Source of the DNA: a virus
Virus record (IMG/VR): IMGVR_UViG_3300012929_000004
Reading direction: 5' to 3' (one strand)
DNA: 56,831 nt
Part shown: positions 34,677-42,404 of the stretch, one piece after another
Numbering within the stretch: the first letter of the stretch is position 1
Layout of the letters: the number at the start of each line of letters is the position of its first letter
Made by a program: the position numbers and the translations under genes
The notes under the pieces: generated by a model
The model's input: the letters and a program-made list of their open reading frames with translations, nothing else
Told to the model about the DNA's origin: nothing
Database searches by the model: none

Positions 34677-35670
34677 CCTTAAAGGTTAGGCTGGAATCAT
34701 TAGACTTAAATACCAAACCTTCACGCAATGAATCACCATTAGCAAAATTCAGGATATCCTGGATAGTATCGAATTGGCTCAATTTTTGATAATAGCCCAC
34801 TACCGGCACATGTTTCAGGTTTGTAAAGTCAATCACATGCCCTGCATGCCGTAGGCAGGGCGGCAAGTATGTTTGCCTATCAATATCCCAGATATCAAAC
34901 AGGAAGAAATCTGGCTCTTTCATATTATGTGGATTTGCATGATTACTTTGTATGCCGGGACCAATCACCTCACCTTGCAAGGCTATGTTTTTACCACAGG
35001 ACCGCAACAAGTCTTCTATTCCATATTGTCTAGCTAGTTTCCATAGGGTATTGGTATCGTCTTCTAATAGCTCTAAATTGCGGCCACAGACGCCGAACTT
35101 ACCATCGTTAAGGTAGTAGGTGCATGAGGTGCCATCTAGCTTAACAGTGACCTCAAAATCCTCATCACAGTCCTTTATTCTGTACCATAGGTTCTGGACG
35201 CGCCCTTGGTCTGTCTTGCGGATAAATGACGGGAAGTAACCTTTAACTTTACCCGCTAATTGCGCAGGAACCGGTGGGTCCCAGAGTACTACGCCAAGCA
35301 GTTCTGTGACGTTATCATCTTGACACATGGTGGCGCCAATTTCTGGACAGTCGTAGATATAGCCTTCTGGCAATATGCTCACTGGCAGCGCTAACCCTTG
35401 CGACAGCGTTCCTCTGAGTTTAATAGTCCTTAACTTAAAACCTTCCTTATCGCCCATCTTGCGATAAGAGCTCTTACGCAGGAACTCAAACTCTGGCTTT
35501 ATGGGTAAGAAGCTATCAATTTCAAAGTAAACACATAAATCACCGATATGGAATTCGCCCTTTTTAGCAATACATTGCCAACCATCAATCGTGATTTTTT
35601 CAATCATGTCGGCATTGAATATTGGGTCTACCGCTCTAACGGTCCTAATAGAAGCTAACTTTCGGTCCAT
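34642..35670 (-). CDS. ATP-dependent RNA ligase (DRB0094-like family candidate)
   Basis: The N-terminal module LASIRTV..VDPI.NADMIE...IDGWQCIAKKGEF..GDLCVYFEIDSFLP is followed by the nucleotidyltransferase lysine motif VTVKLDGTS. Confidence 0.75.
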   Translation of the reverse strand: MDRKLASIRTVRAVDPIFNADMIEKITIDGWQCIAKKGEFHIGDLCVYFEIDSFLPIKPEFEFLRKSSYRKMGDKEGFKLRTIKLRGTLSQGLALPVSILPEGYIYDCPEIGATMCQDDNVTELLGVVLWDPPVPAQLAGKVKGYFPSFIRKTDQGRVQNLWYRIKDCDEDFEVTVKLDGTSCTYYLNDGKFGVCGRNLELLEDDTNTLWKLARQYGIEDLLRSCGKNIALQGEVIGPGIQSNHANPHNMKEPDFFLFDIWDIDRQTYLPPCLRHAGHVIDFTNLKHVPVVGYYQKLSQFDTIQDILNFANGDSLREGLVFKSNDSSLTFKVISNAYLLDER

Positions 35671-35678
35671 AATTATTC

Positions 35679-36188
35679 CTAATGTTTAACAGGCTCGTCG
35701 TCATCGCGCATTGCTTTTAAGTTTTTAAGCAAGTCTTTTAGGTTATCTTTCACATTGTCCATCGTTATTACCGCCCCTTCCTGAGTTTCTTCTTCAGATA
35801 TATCACCAAAAATACTGTCATGCGTTATATTCACTATAGAGCGCATAAACTTCATCTTAAAGGCAACATTATAATCCTTAAGATATTTTAATCTATTTCC
35901 TAGAAAATGCTTAAAGAAAGTCAATTCAAAAACAGGGTCAAAGTGGTCCCTATCGATTAAGAATGGGAAAAGGCAGTAAGATGAAAATTCTCGAGCCTTA
36001 ATGCTACGCTCAGATAATACATGCTCTTTTAACTTAATATCTTCTATAGCCTCAGCTTCTTTATTAGCCAGTGCAATAATACGCTGCGCAATAGCCATTA
36101 ATGCCCTATAGTGCGGCTCAGCCTCTTTCTCGAAGTCTTTAAAATCAACACCTATTGTAATCCCATCTTCATCATTTTTACCAATCAT
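35679..36188 (-). CDS. Hypothetical protein
   Basis: 169-aa ORF with ATGA coupling. Confidence 0.55.
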   Translation of the reverse strand: MIGKNDEDGITIGVDFKDFEKEAEPHYRALMAIAQRIIALANKEAEAIEDIKLKEHVLSERSIKAREFSSYCLFPFLIDRDHFDPVFELTFFKHFLGNRLKYLKDYNVAFKMKFMRSIVNITHDSIFGDISEEETQEGAVITMDNVKDNLKDLLKNLKAMRDDDEPVKH

Positions 36189-36430
36189 CTACCTATCCCC
36201 TTATCTTTCCAATTCCAAAACCCATACATATGCAGCACTATAGATGTAAAACAAAAGAATCCTTGACTGTATAGTCCAATGGTTAAATCTCTATAGCACC
36301 AATAAATACAGGTGATGGTCCATATAACAAAACATAAGCGCTCCCCTTTAACATTCAACCATCTGCCATACTTCCCTAATAAGCTAAAAGCAGTGTCAAA
36401 GGCTTCAGCGATTATATTGATATCAACCAT
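36185..36430 (-). CDS. Small membrane protein (PnuC-like fragment?)
   Basis: 81 aa with two hydrophobic segments and W/Y-rich composition. The family guess is weak. Confidence 0.55.
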   Translation of the reverse strand: MVDINIIAEAFDTAFSLLGKYGRWLNVKGERLCFVIWTITCIYWCYRDLTIGLYSQGFFCFTSIVLHMYGFWNWKDKGIGR

Positions 36431-36551
36431 TACGTTTAATTCTATCGGTGATAGCGTCTAATAATGCATTAAGTGGCTCAGACCACATCCAGACAATTAA
36501 CACTATGGCGCACCAATTAATTATAATTAACGTACAAATTACCTCAGACAT
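36423..36551 (-). CDS. Micro-ORF, membrane peptide (42 aa, MSEVICTLIIINWCAIVLIVWMW...)
   Basis: Hand translation. It overlaps both neighbours by 8 nt. Confidence 0.35.
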   Translation of the reverse strand: MSEVICTLIIINWCAIVLIVWMWSEPLNALLDAITDRIKRNG

Positions 36552-37101
36552 CAGATTCTTCCATTACATAAACACCACGACCTTTTTTACTGATAACCCC
36601 ACGCTCATGAAGCTTATACATTGCTTGTGATACTGCTGGACCACTTGCATTAGGGACGCCCTGTGATTTCATGGCTTTTAACACACCCCGCATATCAAAT
36701 GGCTTACCTATATTCTCTCTAAACCAGGCGCTTACTGAAGATGTGAGCCCCCAATTCTTAGTGATGGTAGTACTTTTGATATAAGTATTAATCGCTTTAT
36801 CGGAGCGATAATTGAGCAATTTTTCTAGTTCTTTGATTTCTTCTTTAGTAGTATTTCTGAGCTCGTTAAGAGATGTCACTTTATCATTTAACTTATTTAT
36901 CTGGGTGCTAATAAATGCTTTAGCCATTTCCGGGTCACGACGCCACATTTCTCGATAGAATACCATATCAGTAATCTCTGTTAGACCCGTAAATGAACCC
37001 CCTTCAACTTTATTTGAGATACTAATAGCGGCAGCTTTAGCATCAGTTATTTCATGCGTTTTATCAAAGAGCTCTTTCAAGCTAGTAATACCTTGCGACA
37101 T
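36544..37101 (-). CDS. Coiled-coil protein with C-terminal winged-helix-like DNA-binding domain
   Basis: SD aggaga. The C-terminus reads GPAVSQAMYKLHERGVISKKGRGVYV. Confidence 0.6.
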   Translation of the reverse strand: MSQGITSLKELFDKTHEITDAKAAAISISNKVEGGSFTGLTEITDMVFYREMWRRDPEMAKAFISTQINKLNDKVTSLNELRNTTKEEIKELEKLLNYRSDKAINTYIKSTTITKNWGLTSSVSAWFRENIGKPFDMRGVLKAMKSQGVPNASGPAVSQAMYKLHERGVISKKGRGVYVMEESDV

Positions 37102-37113
37102 TTTTATCTCCTG

Positions 37114-37329
37114 TTAATTAAATGAATTTTTTAAACAATCTGCCCATACCTTTTCTCCCATTCCATAGCCAGCTAAAAATCCAGCTATTATGTCCGGGTT
37201 TTCACTATTAGCAGTAACCATTTTAACGATAGTAGAATTCTTAATGCTTCCTAATAAATTAGCATAATATTGAAGATATTCAACTTGGGATGCTTCGTCA
37301 GTGAATTGAATAGTAATAGTCCTAGGCAT
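37114..37329 (-). CDS. Hypothetical protein
   Basis: 71 aa with SD ggaga. Confidence 0.5.
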   Translation of the reverse strand: MPRTITIQFTDEASQVEYLQYYANLLGSIKNSTIVKMVTANSENPDIIAGFLAGYGMGEKVWADCLKNSFN

Positions 37330-37531
37330 GGATATCTCCCGTTAGCTTAAGTTCCTCATAAGCATCAGCAGCTTTGCGTGTTAAAGGGACAGGTTCATTA
37401 TGTACGCTAATTGTTGTGCCTTTCATTCCCCATACATTCGTTAAATATTCATTTATCTGAACGCATAGTAATAGACCTTTAGCATCTGTCATATTCTCTG
37501 GCAAATGTATCTTAATAAACTTTTTAGACAT
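37322..37531 (-). CDS. Hypothetical protein
   Basis: 69 aa with SD aggaga. Confidence 0.5.
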   Translation of the reverse strand: MSKKFIKIHLPENMTDAKGLLLCVQINEYLTNVWGMKGTTISVHNEPVPLTRKAADAYEELKLTGDIHA

Positions 37532-37630
37532 ACTATCTCCTGTTAATAAGCGTCACCGTGCTTCCCCGGTTGGATGTCGAGCCTAGCCATAAACTACGAT
37601 ATAAGGAAAGCATAGTGACATAAATTGTTG

Positions 37631-38131
37631 TCAGAACGGCAATTCATCTGGGTCAAATTCTTCCTTAAGCGTCACTGGCAATGGATACTTATACTTAGAA
37701 GTGCTCTGCTTATAGTCTTCTTTGTCAGCCTGGGCTGCCTCATTATCAGCACCATGTAATAGCTGGAAGAAAGTCAGTGGTACTAACATAATGATTTTCG
37801 AACCATACTGGGGATTTTCATCTTGCTTAATTGAAGCACCACAAGCTTTTCTTAACAATAAGCCGTCATTAAATCTATTAGTAGTCTTATCAAATAAGCC
37901 AGCTATCCCTAATACATTTTCATAGTTATCTATTTTCCAGCTAGCAGAACTGACCAAATAATCTCTAATAGAGCCATTGTTACCATCCTTATCAACCACA
38001 CTCCACTGTATGGTGAGCATTGCATCGCCTTTACGAGATGTTAGCCATTGACCTTCTTTAGTCTTAGTATAAGTACTTCTGACTTCACAATAAGCAAAGC
38101 CATCTGACAATTGGGCTGGTTCGTATGCCAT
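37631..38131 (-). CDS. Single-stranded DNA-binding protein-like (acidic C-terminal tip DPDELPF)
   Basis: 166 aa, next to the ERF gene. The terminal D-x-D-E-L-P-F resembles the SSB protein-interaction tail. Confidence 0.6.
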   Translation of the reverse strand: MAYEPAQLSDGFAYCEVRSTYTKTKEGQWLTSRKGDAMLTIQWSVVDKDGNNGSIRDYLVSSASWKIDNYENVLGIAGLFDKTTNRFNDGLLLRKACGASIKQDENPQYGSKIIMLVPLTFFQLLHGADNEAAQADKEDYKQSTSKYKYPLPVTLKEEFDPDELPF

Positions 38132-38280
38132 TATTCTTCACTCCTTAATATATGCATCGGGGATTTTTTAATAACTTGGATACCATAGTTCTCATATAAA
38201 TACATAACACCAATGATAATGCCCATCGCAACAAAGATAGCTAAAATGATTAATGTAATTTCTATAAACATATCTTTCAT
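38131..38280 (-). CDS. Micro-ORF, membrane peptide (49 aa, MKDMFIEITLIILAIFVAMGIIIGV...)
   Basis: Hand translation. ATGA coupling to the erf stop and TAATG coupling to the ssb-like start. Confidence 0.45.
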   Translation of the reverse strand: MKDMFIEITLIILAIFVAMGIIIGVMYLYENYGIQVIKKSPMHILRSEE

Positions 38281-38927
38281 TTGCTAAGCTTCTTTTCAAT
38301 AGCGGCTATCCACTTCTGAATATCAGCAATACTGATGTCCTCCAAAGCCTGAACCTGATGCTTAGTAAGAATAGCCTCTATCGTTTCCGCTGGATTAGGC
38401 GTCTTCATAATAATATCTGATAACTGTATTAAATATTCCTCTACGTCTGGCAATGAGTGCGCTACAGGTTTAGCAGGAGCACTATATTGCGGCTCAGACT
38501 GGTCATAATGCGTCGCGTGCCCTTTATCCACATAGTCTTCTTCGCCAATAGCAAAGAATGCTAATGCAGACTTACGTCTTAGATAGGTAATAGCAACGCC
38601 GCAACGTTGCGTCCTAGACATGATAGCTTTACCGTATTTATTCTTTAGTACAGCATCAATGTAGATTTCAGCTGTTTCCTCAATATATTGACCGCTTTCA
38701 TGAGCAAGTATATTCGTAATGGACACCTTATTATCAACGATAGACCCAACAAGCTGAAAGAATACCAAACCATGTGGCAGTAATGCATTCTTAATAGCTT
38801 CTAACACTTGCGGTAAATCAGCGTATTTAAAGTTAGGCCCTACTTTATCCTTAGAGACGTTACCTAATGATTGCTGTGCAGGGATATAGGCTTTTATCAC
38901 AGCATTAATTTCTAATGAACTATTCAT
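38277..38927 (-). CDS. erf: ERF-family single-strand annealing recombinase
   Basis: FKYADLPQVLEAIKNALLPHGL...HESGQ...QRCGVAITYLRRKSALAFFAIGEEDYVD matches the ERF signature as I remember it from P22 Erf. Confidence 0.75.
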   Translation of the reverse strand: MNSSLEINAVIKAYIPAQQSLGNVSKDKVGPNFKYADLPQVLEAIKNALLPHGLVFFQLVGSIVDNKVSITNILAHESGQYIEETAEIYIDAVLKNKYGKAIMSRTQRCGVAITYLRRKSALAFFAIGEEDYVDKGHATHYDQSEPQYSAPAKPVAHSLPDVEEYLIQLSDIIMKTPNPAETIEAILTKHQVQALEDISIADIQKWIAAIEKKLSK

Positions 38928-39066
38928 CAGTTTCTTCCTCTTCGTTATTTGCTATATTAAACCATGAGGCAACTTCTTGCTGAAGTTGTTCTTCCAAAGC
39001 ATTGGAATCATGAAATAAATCCACTTCACCATTATCATCTAAGAACAATTGTTTGACGTAGCTCAT
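38920..39066 (-). CDS. Small highly acidic protein (48 aa), first gene of the leftward early operon
   Basis: Hand translation MSYVKQLFLDDNGEVDLFHDSNALEEQLQQEVASWFNIANNEEEETDE. Strong SD gggagga. Confidence 0.5.
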   Translation of the reverse strand: MSYVKQLFLDDNGEVDLFHDSNALEEQLQQEVASWFNIANNEEEETDE

Positions 39067-39088
39067 ACCATCCTCCCGGATAATTTTA

Positions 39089-39117
39089 TTGCATTTCTAA
39101 TATTCATAAGCTAGTAT
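39089..39117 (+). promoter_or_regulatory. Candidate rightward promoter TTGCAT-N17-TAGTAT
   Basis: Lies upstream of the RHH gene. Its -10 overlaps the -10 of the leftward promoter. Confidence 0.35.
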
Positions 39118-39140
39118 AAACAAGAAATCACAAGTGTCAA
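39113..39140 (-). promoter_or_regulatory. Leftward early promoter TTGACA-N16-TATACT
   Basis: Read on the minus strand, about 45 nt upstream of the ATG at 39066. Confidence 0.5.
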
Positions 39141-39162
39141 GAAAAATCACAGAGGAATACGA

Positions 39163-39348
39163 ATGACTACAGTGAAAGGAAAGCCTAAGAAGAAAGCGGT
39201 TAGGCTTAGCGGTATTAGCATAAGGCTTTCTGAGCATGATATGCGCAGAATAAACAACCTGGCCGATAAGGCTAATCTTCCTAGAAGCGTATACATGCGT
39301 AAATGTCTCAAAGACCACCTTGACGAGGTGTGTAATGAAAAAGATTAA
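39163..39348 (+). CDS. Ribbon-helix-helix (CopG/MobC-like) DNA-binding protein
   Basis: IRLSEHDMRRINNLADKANLPRSVYMRKCL is the typical RHH beta-strand plus two-helix pattern. Confidence 0.65.
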   Translation: MTTVKGKPKKKAVRLSGISIRLSEHDMRRINNLADKANLPRSVYMRKCLKDHLDEVCNEKD

Positions 39349-39841
39349 GCATCCCGTGAGGGCTAAGCGCAAATATACGGCATACCTAAACGAGGAGCCT
39401 GATGATGTGCCATTCCCTCAGGCCGATGATGTTCGCAAATTAGATTCCGTTATTATACTAACCGGCAAAGGCTGTGCTATTGCTGACATGGCTAAGCGTA
39501 TTGCCTTCACTAAAAGACAGGCCTATTATTATCTGGCTGCTGCGAGATATCTAGGGCTTATTAATGCATTTTACACTTTAACAATTGTTGGCAAGAAATA
39601 TACTTTAATACCCATCCATGAAAGATACCAGGTACTCATTTGCGGTATGTTTGAGCACCCTGTTTTTAGACAGGTTCTCGACCTAACGATTGGCTGTGGC
39701 ACCTTACCTGACAAGCAACAAATCGCCCTAATCATTCAGGAGCATATCAGTCATCAATTAGCAAAAACAACTTTAGCTCGGAGGGCTCAAACAGTGAGAA
39801 AATGGTTTCAGGACGCATTCCTAATGTTGGCACAATCATGA
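39335..39841 (+). CDS. Hypothetical protein (possible winged-helix; KRQAYYYLAAARYLGLI)
   Basis: ATG at 39335 with SD gaggtg. The track start at 39320 is TTG. Confidence 0.55.
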   Translation: MKKIKHPVRAKRKYTAYLNEEPDDVPFPQADDVRKLDSVIILTGKGCAIADMAKRIAFTKRQAYYYLAAARYLGLINAFYTLTIVGKKYTLIPIHERYQVLICGMFEHPVFRQVLDLTIGCGTLPDKQQIALIIQEHISHQLAKTTLARRAQTVRKWFQDAFLMLAQS

Positions 39842-40032
39842 AGATTATAAAGCGGCCTGATAAGGCGCGTGACAATAAGGGTCATATGACTTCCGAATGG
39901 GCATCATGGTATCTAGGTACTATGCATAATGTAGACTTAGCGAAGGTTAATACCATGGTAGAAGAAAGCAGGCGTATATTGCGCGAATGGCCCAATGACG
40001 TGACAGAGGAACCAACAGATGCAAAAGACTAA
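39838..40032 (+). CDS. Hypothetical protein
   Basis: The ATG at 39838 overlaps the upstream stop (ATGA). Confidence 0.45.
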   Translation: MKIIKRPDKARDNKGHMTSEWASWYLGTMHNVDLAKVNTMVEESRRILREWPNDVTEEPTDAKD

Positions 40033-40222
40033 GGTTAGCTGCGACCATTGCGAAGCGGATTTAAGTTGTGCCGGCGCCCATCCAGCTTATAGGTTAGTGT
40101 TGCAATCTGAAAGCTTACCATCTGATAGCCCTATTAAATTTGCTGTTAGGGTTCACCCGCCTATCAATAACCCGCATCATTTCTGTGGATTAACATGCCT
40201 TAAAGCATGGGCGACTAAATGA
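40019..40222 (+). CDS. Small CxxC...C..C zinc-ribbon-like protein, tandem paralogue 1
   Basis: SCDHCEADLS...HHFCGLTCLKAWATK. Confidence 0.55.
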   Translation: MQKTKVSCDHCEADLSCAGAHPAYRLVLQSESLPSDSPIKFAVRVHPPINNPHHFCGLTCLKAWATK

Positions 40223-40422
40223 TAAAGACTAGCTGTGACGCTTGCGAAAAAGACCTAAGCACTACAAAGCTAGAGAATGACTACAGATTCATTCTTACTA
40301 TGGAAGACATTCCCTCGCTTTATGTTGACAAGGATTTGGAGACTATCTTTAAGTCTGCCGCTGAATTTAGGGTATTCCATTTCTGTGGACTACCCTGTCT
40401 TAAAGGATGGGTGAATAAATGA
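40219..40422 (+). CDS. Small CxxC...C..C zinc-ribbon-like protein, tandem paralogue 2
   Basis: SCDACEKDLS...FHFCGLPCLKGWVNK. ATGA coupling. Confidence 0.55.
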   Translation: MIKTSCDACEKDLSTTKLENDYRFILTMEDIPSLYVDKDLETIFKSAAEFRVFHFCGLPCLKGWVNK

Positions 40423-40784
40423 GTGACTATTATATCTTAGACGACAATGGTGACCCAGTTAAGTGCCACAACATCTATACTTGGGCGCAGTGGTTAAACT
40501 CTAACAAAAAACAAGTATCTTATGAGAATGTAGGCGGTATTGACGTTTCAACGGTGTTCCTAGGATTGGACCATATCTTTGTGCCAGAGTATAAAGACAG
40601 GCCTATCCTATGGGAAACCATGGTATTTGACAATAAGAATGGTTTGGATTGGCAGCAAAGATTTACCAGCAAACAAGAAGCGCTTGCCTTTCATGAAAAG
40701 GTTGTGACAGCCTTAAAGGATATTCCCTCCATCAGAGACACTTTAGACCAACTGTTTAACTATAAGGAAACTTTAAATGATTAA
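40419..40784 (+). CDS. Conserved hypothetical phage protein (VSTVFLGLDH ... ETMVF motif)
   Basis: I recall this motif pair from a widespread uncharacterised phage family. Confidence 0.65.
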   Translation: MSDYYILDDNGDPVKCHNIYTWAQWLNSNKKQVSYENVGGIDVSTVFLGLDHIFVPEYKDRPILWETMVFDNKNGLDWQQRFTSKQEALAFHEKVVTALKDIPSIRDTLDQLFNYKETLND

Positions 40785-40995
40785 GAAGTCACGTAAGATA
40801 TATTTTGGTGAATGTTATTCTATGGCAATTGATTCTGGAAACGATAAGCTGCGCCTAAGTATTAATTTTGGCTCAGACAGCGCTAAACAAGACATTACAG
40901 ATGCAGGAGTCGTTATCACAAAGGAGGAAGTTGAAGAAATCATCAAGATGTTAAAAGAATCCATTAAAGACCTTCCTCAGCCTCGATATCTTTAA
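40777..40995 (+). CDS. Hypothetical protein
   Basis: 72 aa. Its 3' end overlaps the convergent gene 40964..41146 by 32 nt. Confidence 0.5.
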   Translation: MIKKSRKIYFGECYSMAIDSGNDKLRLSINFGSDSAKQDITDAGVVITKEEVEEIIKMLKESIKDLPQPRYL

Positions 40996-41146
40996 TGTCC
41001 TGACACATGTCTGCGTCTAAGTATTCACAGACCGCATCGTCGGCCAGTTCTACAATTGGATTGGTTGGCTTTAGCAAATGGAACATCGCTAATAAGACCA
41101 CAATGATAATGATTGTCCTAATAATGTATGGCGCTGAATATTTCAT
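40964..41146 (-). CDS. N-terminally anchored membrane protein with acidic tail (holin/spanin-like candidate)
   Basis: TM segment IIRTIIIIVVLLAMFHLL. ATGA coupling to the lysozyme-like gene. Confidence 0.5.
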   Translation of the reverse strand: MKYSAPYIIRTIIIIVVLLAMFHLLKPTNPIVELADDAVCEYLDADMCQDIKDIEAEEGL

Positions 41147-41649
41147 TTAGCCCCCACGGTTGTACCAACATAAGTATGATATGACTTCACGAATTCATCC
41201 ACCGTACCGGCACCATAGACAGTATTATAGTATTTCTTCCAATAAACGCCCATTGCTTCTACGTTATTAGCGGGCGGTAATGGCTCTTCAATGCCATGAT
41301 AAAAAATCCTGGTCATGATGCTAGCGTAACCTAGGTTCTGCACAAGCTCCCCGGCTGCTGGCTTTTCCTGAAAGTCACAATAAGTCATTATCTTGCTTTT
41401 AAGCTCTGGCATATTACTGATGCGATGCAGCCATAAGGATTCGTGTGTAGCGGCTTCCATTTGATAGATACCTAAACCGCCTTTCATATACATCTCGCCA
41501 CCTCTCGTTTCTTGAACTAGATATAAACCACCTTTGGTTTCTTGTGCGCAAGTTGCAATCAGAAGCTCTTCAGCATCTAGGCACCAGAGGTTAATGGCTT
41601 GCAAAGCAGGGCGTATCACGGCTAAGCGTAATTCTTTTAGGTCAATCAC
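41143..41649 (-). CDS. SLT/lysozyme-like muralytic protein (endolysin candidate)
   Basis: CAQETKGG ... GGLGIYQMEAATHESLW resembles the transglycosylase E-[ST] ... G.GLMQ block. GTG start with SD aggaga. Confidence 0.55.
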   Translation of the reverse strand: MIDLKELRLAVIRPALQAINLWCLDAEELLIATCAQETKGGLYLVQETRGGEMYMKGGLGIYQMEAATHESLWLHRISNMPELKSKIMTYCDFQEKPAAGELVQNLGYASIMTRIFYHGIEEPLPPANNVEAMGVYWKKYYNTVYGAGTVDEFVKSYHTYVGTTVGAK

Positions 41650-41992
41650 TTTTCAATATCTCCTGAATATCTACGAAAATCACACCAGGAGGTTGTATAA
41701 ACATCCGCTCAATAGTAATTTTATCAATCTGGGAATCGTTAATATAATACCTGGCGTCTTGCAGAGAATCCAGTAAAACTTTAATAATATTATCGATATC
41801 TCTTTTGCGCTTATCGGGGGGATGGGCATGAATTAATATTGACAGCCTTCCGGTTAAACATTCGACCCTGTCTTGTAAGGCAATCATTTTTATCTTTTCT
41901 TTATATTTTCTAGCTTCGGCGGATACGATTACGCGCCCTCTAAAACTTCTCCAATAACGATTAGCCGACGGGGGCCATGGAAGCCATATCAT
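41642..41992 (-). CDS. rusA: RusA-family Holliday junction resolvase
   Basis: WPPSANRYWRSFRGRVIVSAEARKYK ... DIDNIIKVLLDSLQDA ... NDSQI is the classic RusA pattern. Confidence 0.85.
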   Translation of the reverse strand: MIWLPWPPSANRYWRSFRGRVIVSAEARKYKEKIKMIALQDRVECLTGRLSILIHAHPPDKRKRDIDNIIKVLLDSLQDARYYINDSQIDKITIERMFIQPPGVIFVDIQEILKSD

Positions 41993-42124
41993 TTAACTGC
42001 CATCTTTCATAAACAATGCGCTATGAGCGAATAGGAGAATCCCCAGGAGTCCATACAGTACAGGACCGCCATCCATGAATGAATAGAACAGCCCCATCCC
42101 TAAGGCTATCTCGGCGACCATCAT
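41993..42124 (-). CDS. Micro-ORF, membrane peptide (43 aa, MMVAEIALGMGLFYSF...)
   Basis: Hand translation. Its stop abuts the rusA ATG. No clear SD. Confidence 0.3.
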   Translation of the reverse strand: MMVAEIALGMGLFYSFMDGGPVLYGLLGILLFAHSALFMKDGS

Positions 42125-42404
42125 GGCTTTGGTTAATGCTGACACTGACTCATCCCTTTGTGGTTGGCATATGCCGTACCGCCATCATACGCGGGGGCTG
42201 ATTTGCCAAACAACTGTAGCTATACAGCTTATTGCTACAGCTAGTGGTCAAGAAATCCTTTACCACTACAGGTTGTGTGAGCAATTGCTTACACGTTTTA
42301 CCGCTTTTGGCTTACAGGGTTTTCCCTATCGGAGAATGGGGCAGGGGTGTTATTGTCAGTTCGTGAATTTACACATAGTTAGTCAATTAGGCAGAGGTAT
42401 CGCC

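Noticed and set aside
39097-39372. 91-aa minus-strand ORF across the RHH gene and the divergent promoter region.
   Set aside because: It is antisense to a well-supported RHH gene, covers both promoters, and its hydrophobic/Cys-rich product has no SD.
42123-42404. The ORF-track version of the initiator gene starts at 42123, giving 94 extra N-terminal residues.
   Set aside because: The extension runs through the divergent intergenic region, has Cys/His/Arg-rich nonsense-like composition and lacks an SD. The ATG at 42405 has agagg at the right distance and begins the winged-helix domain.
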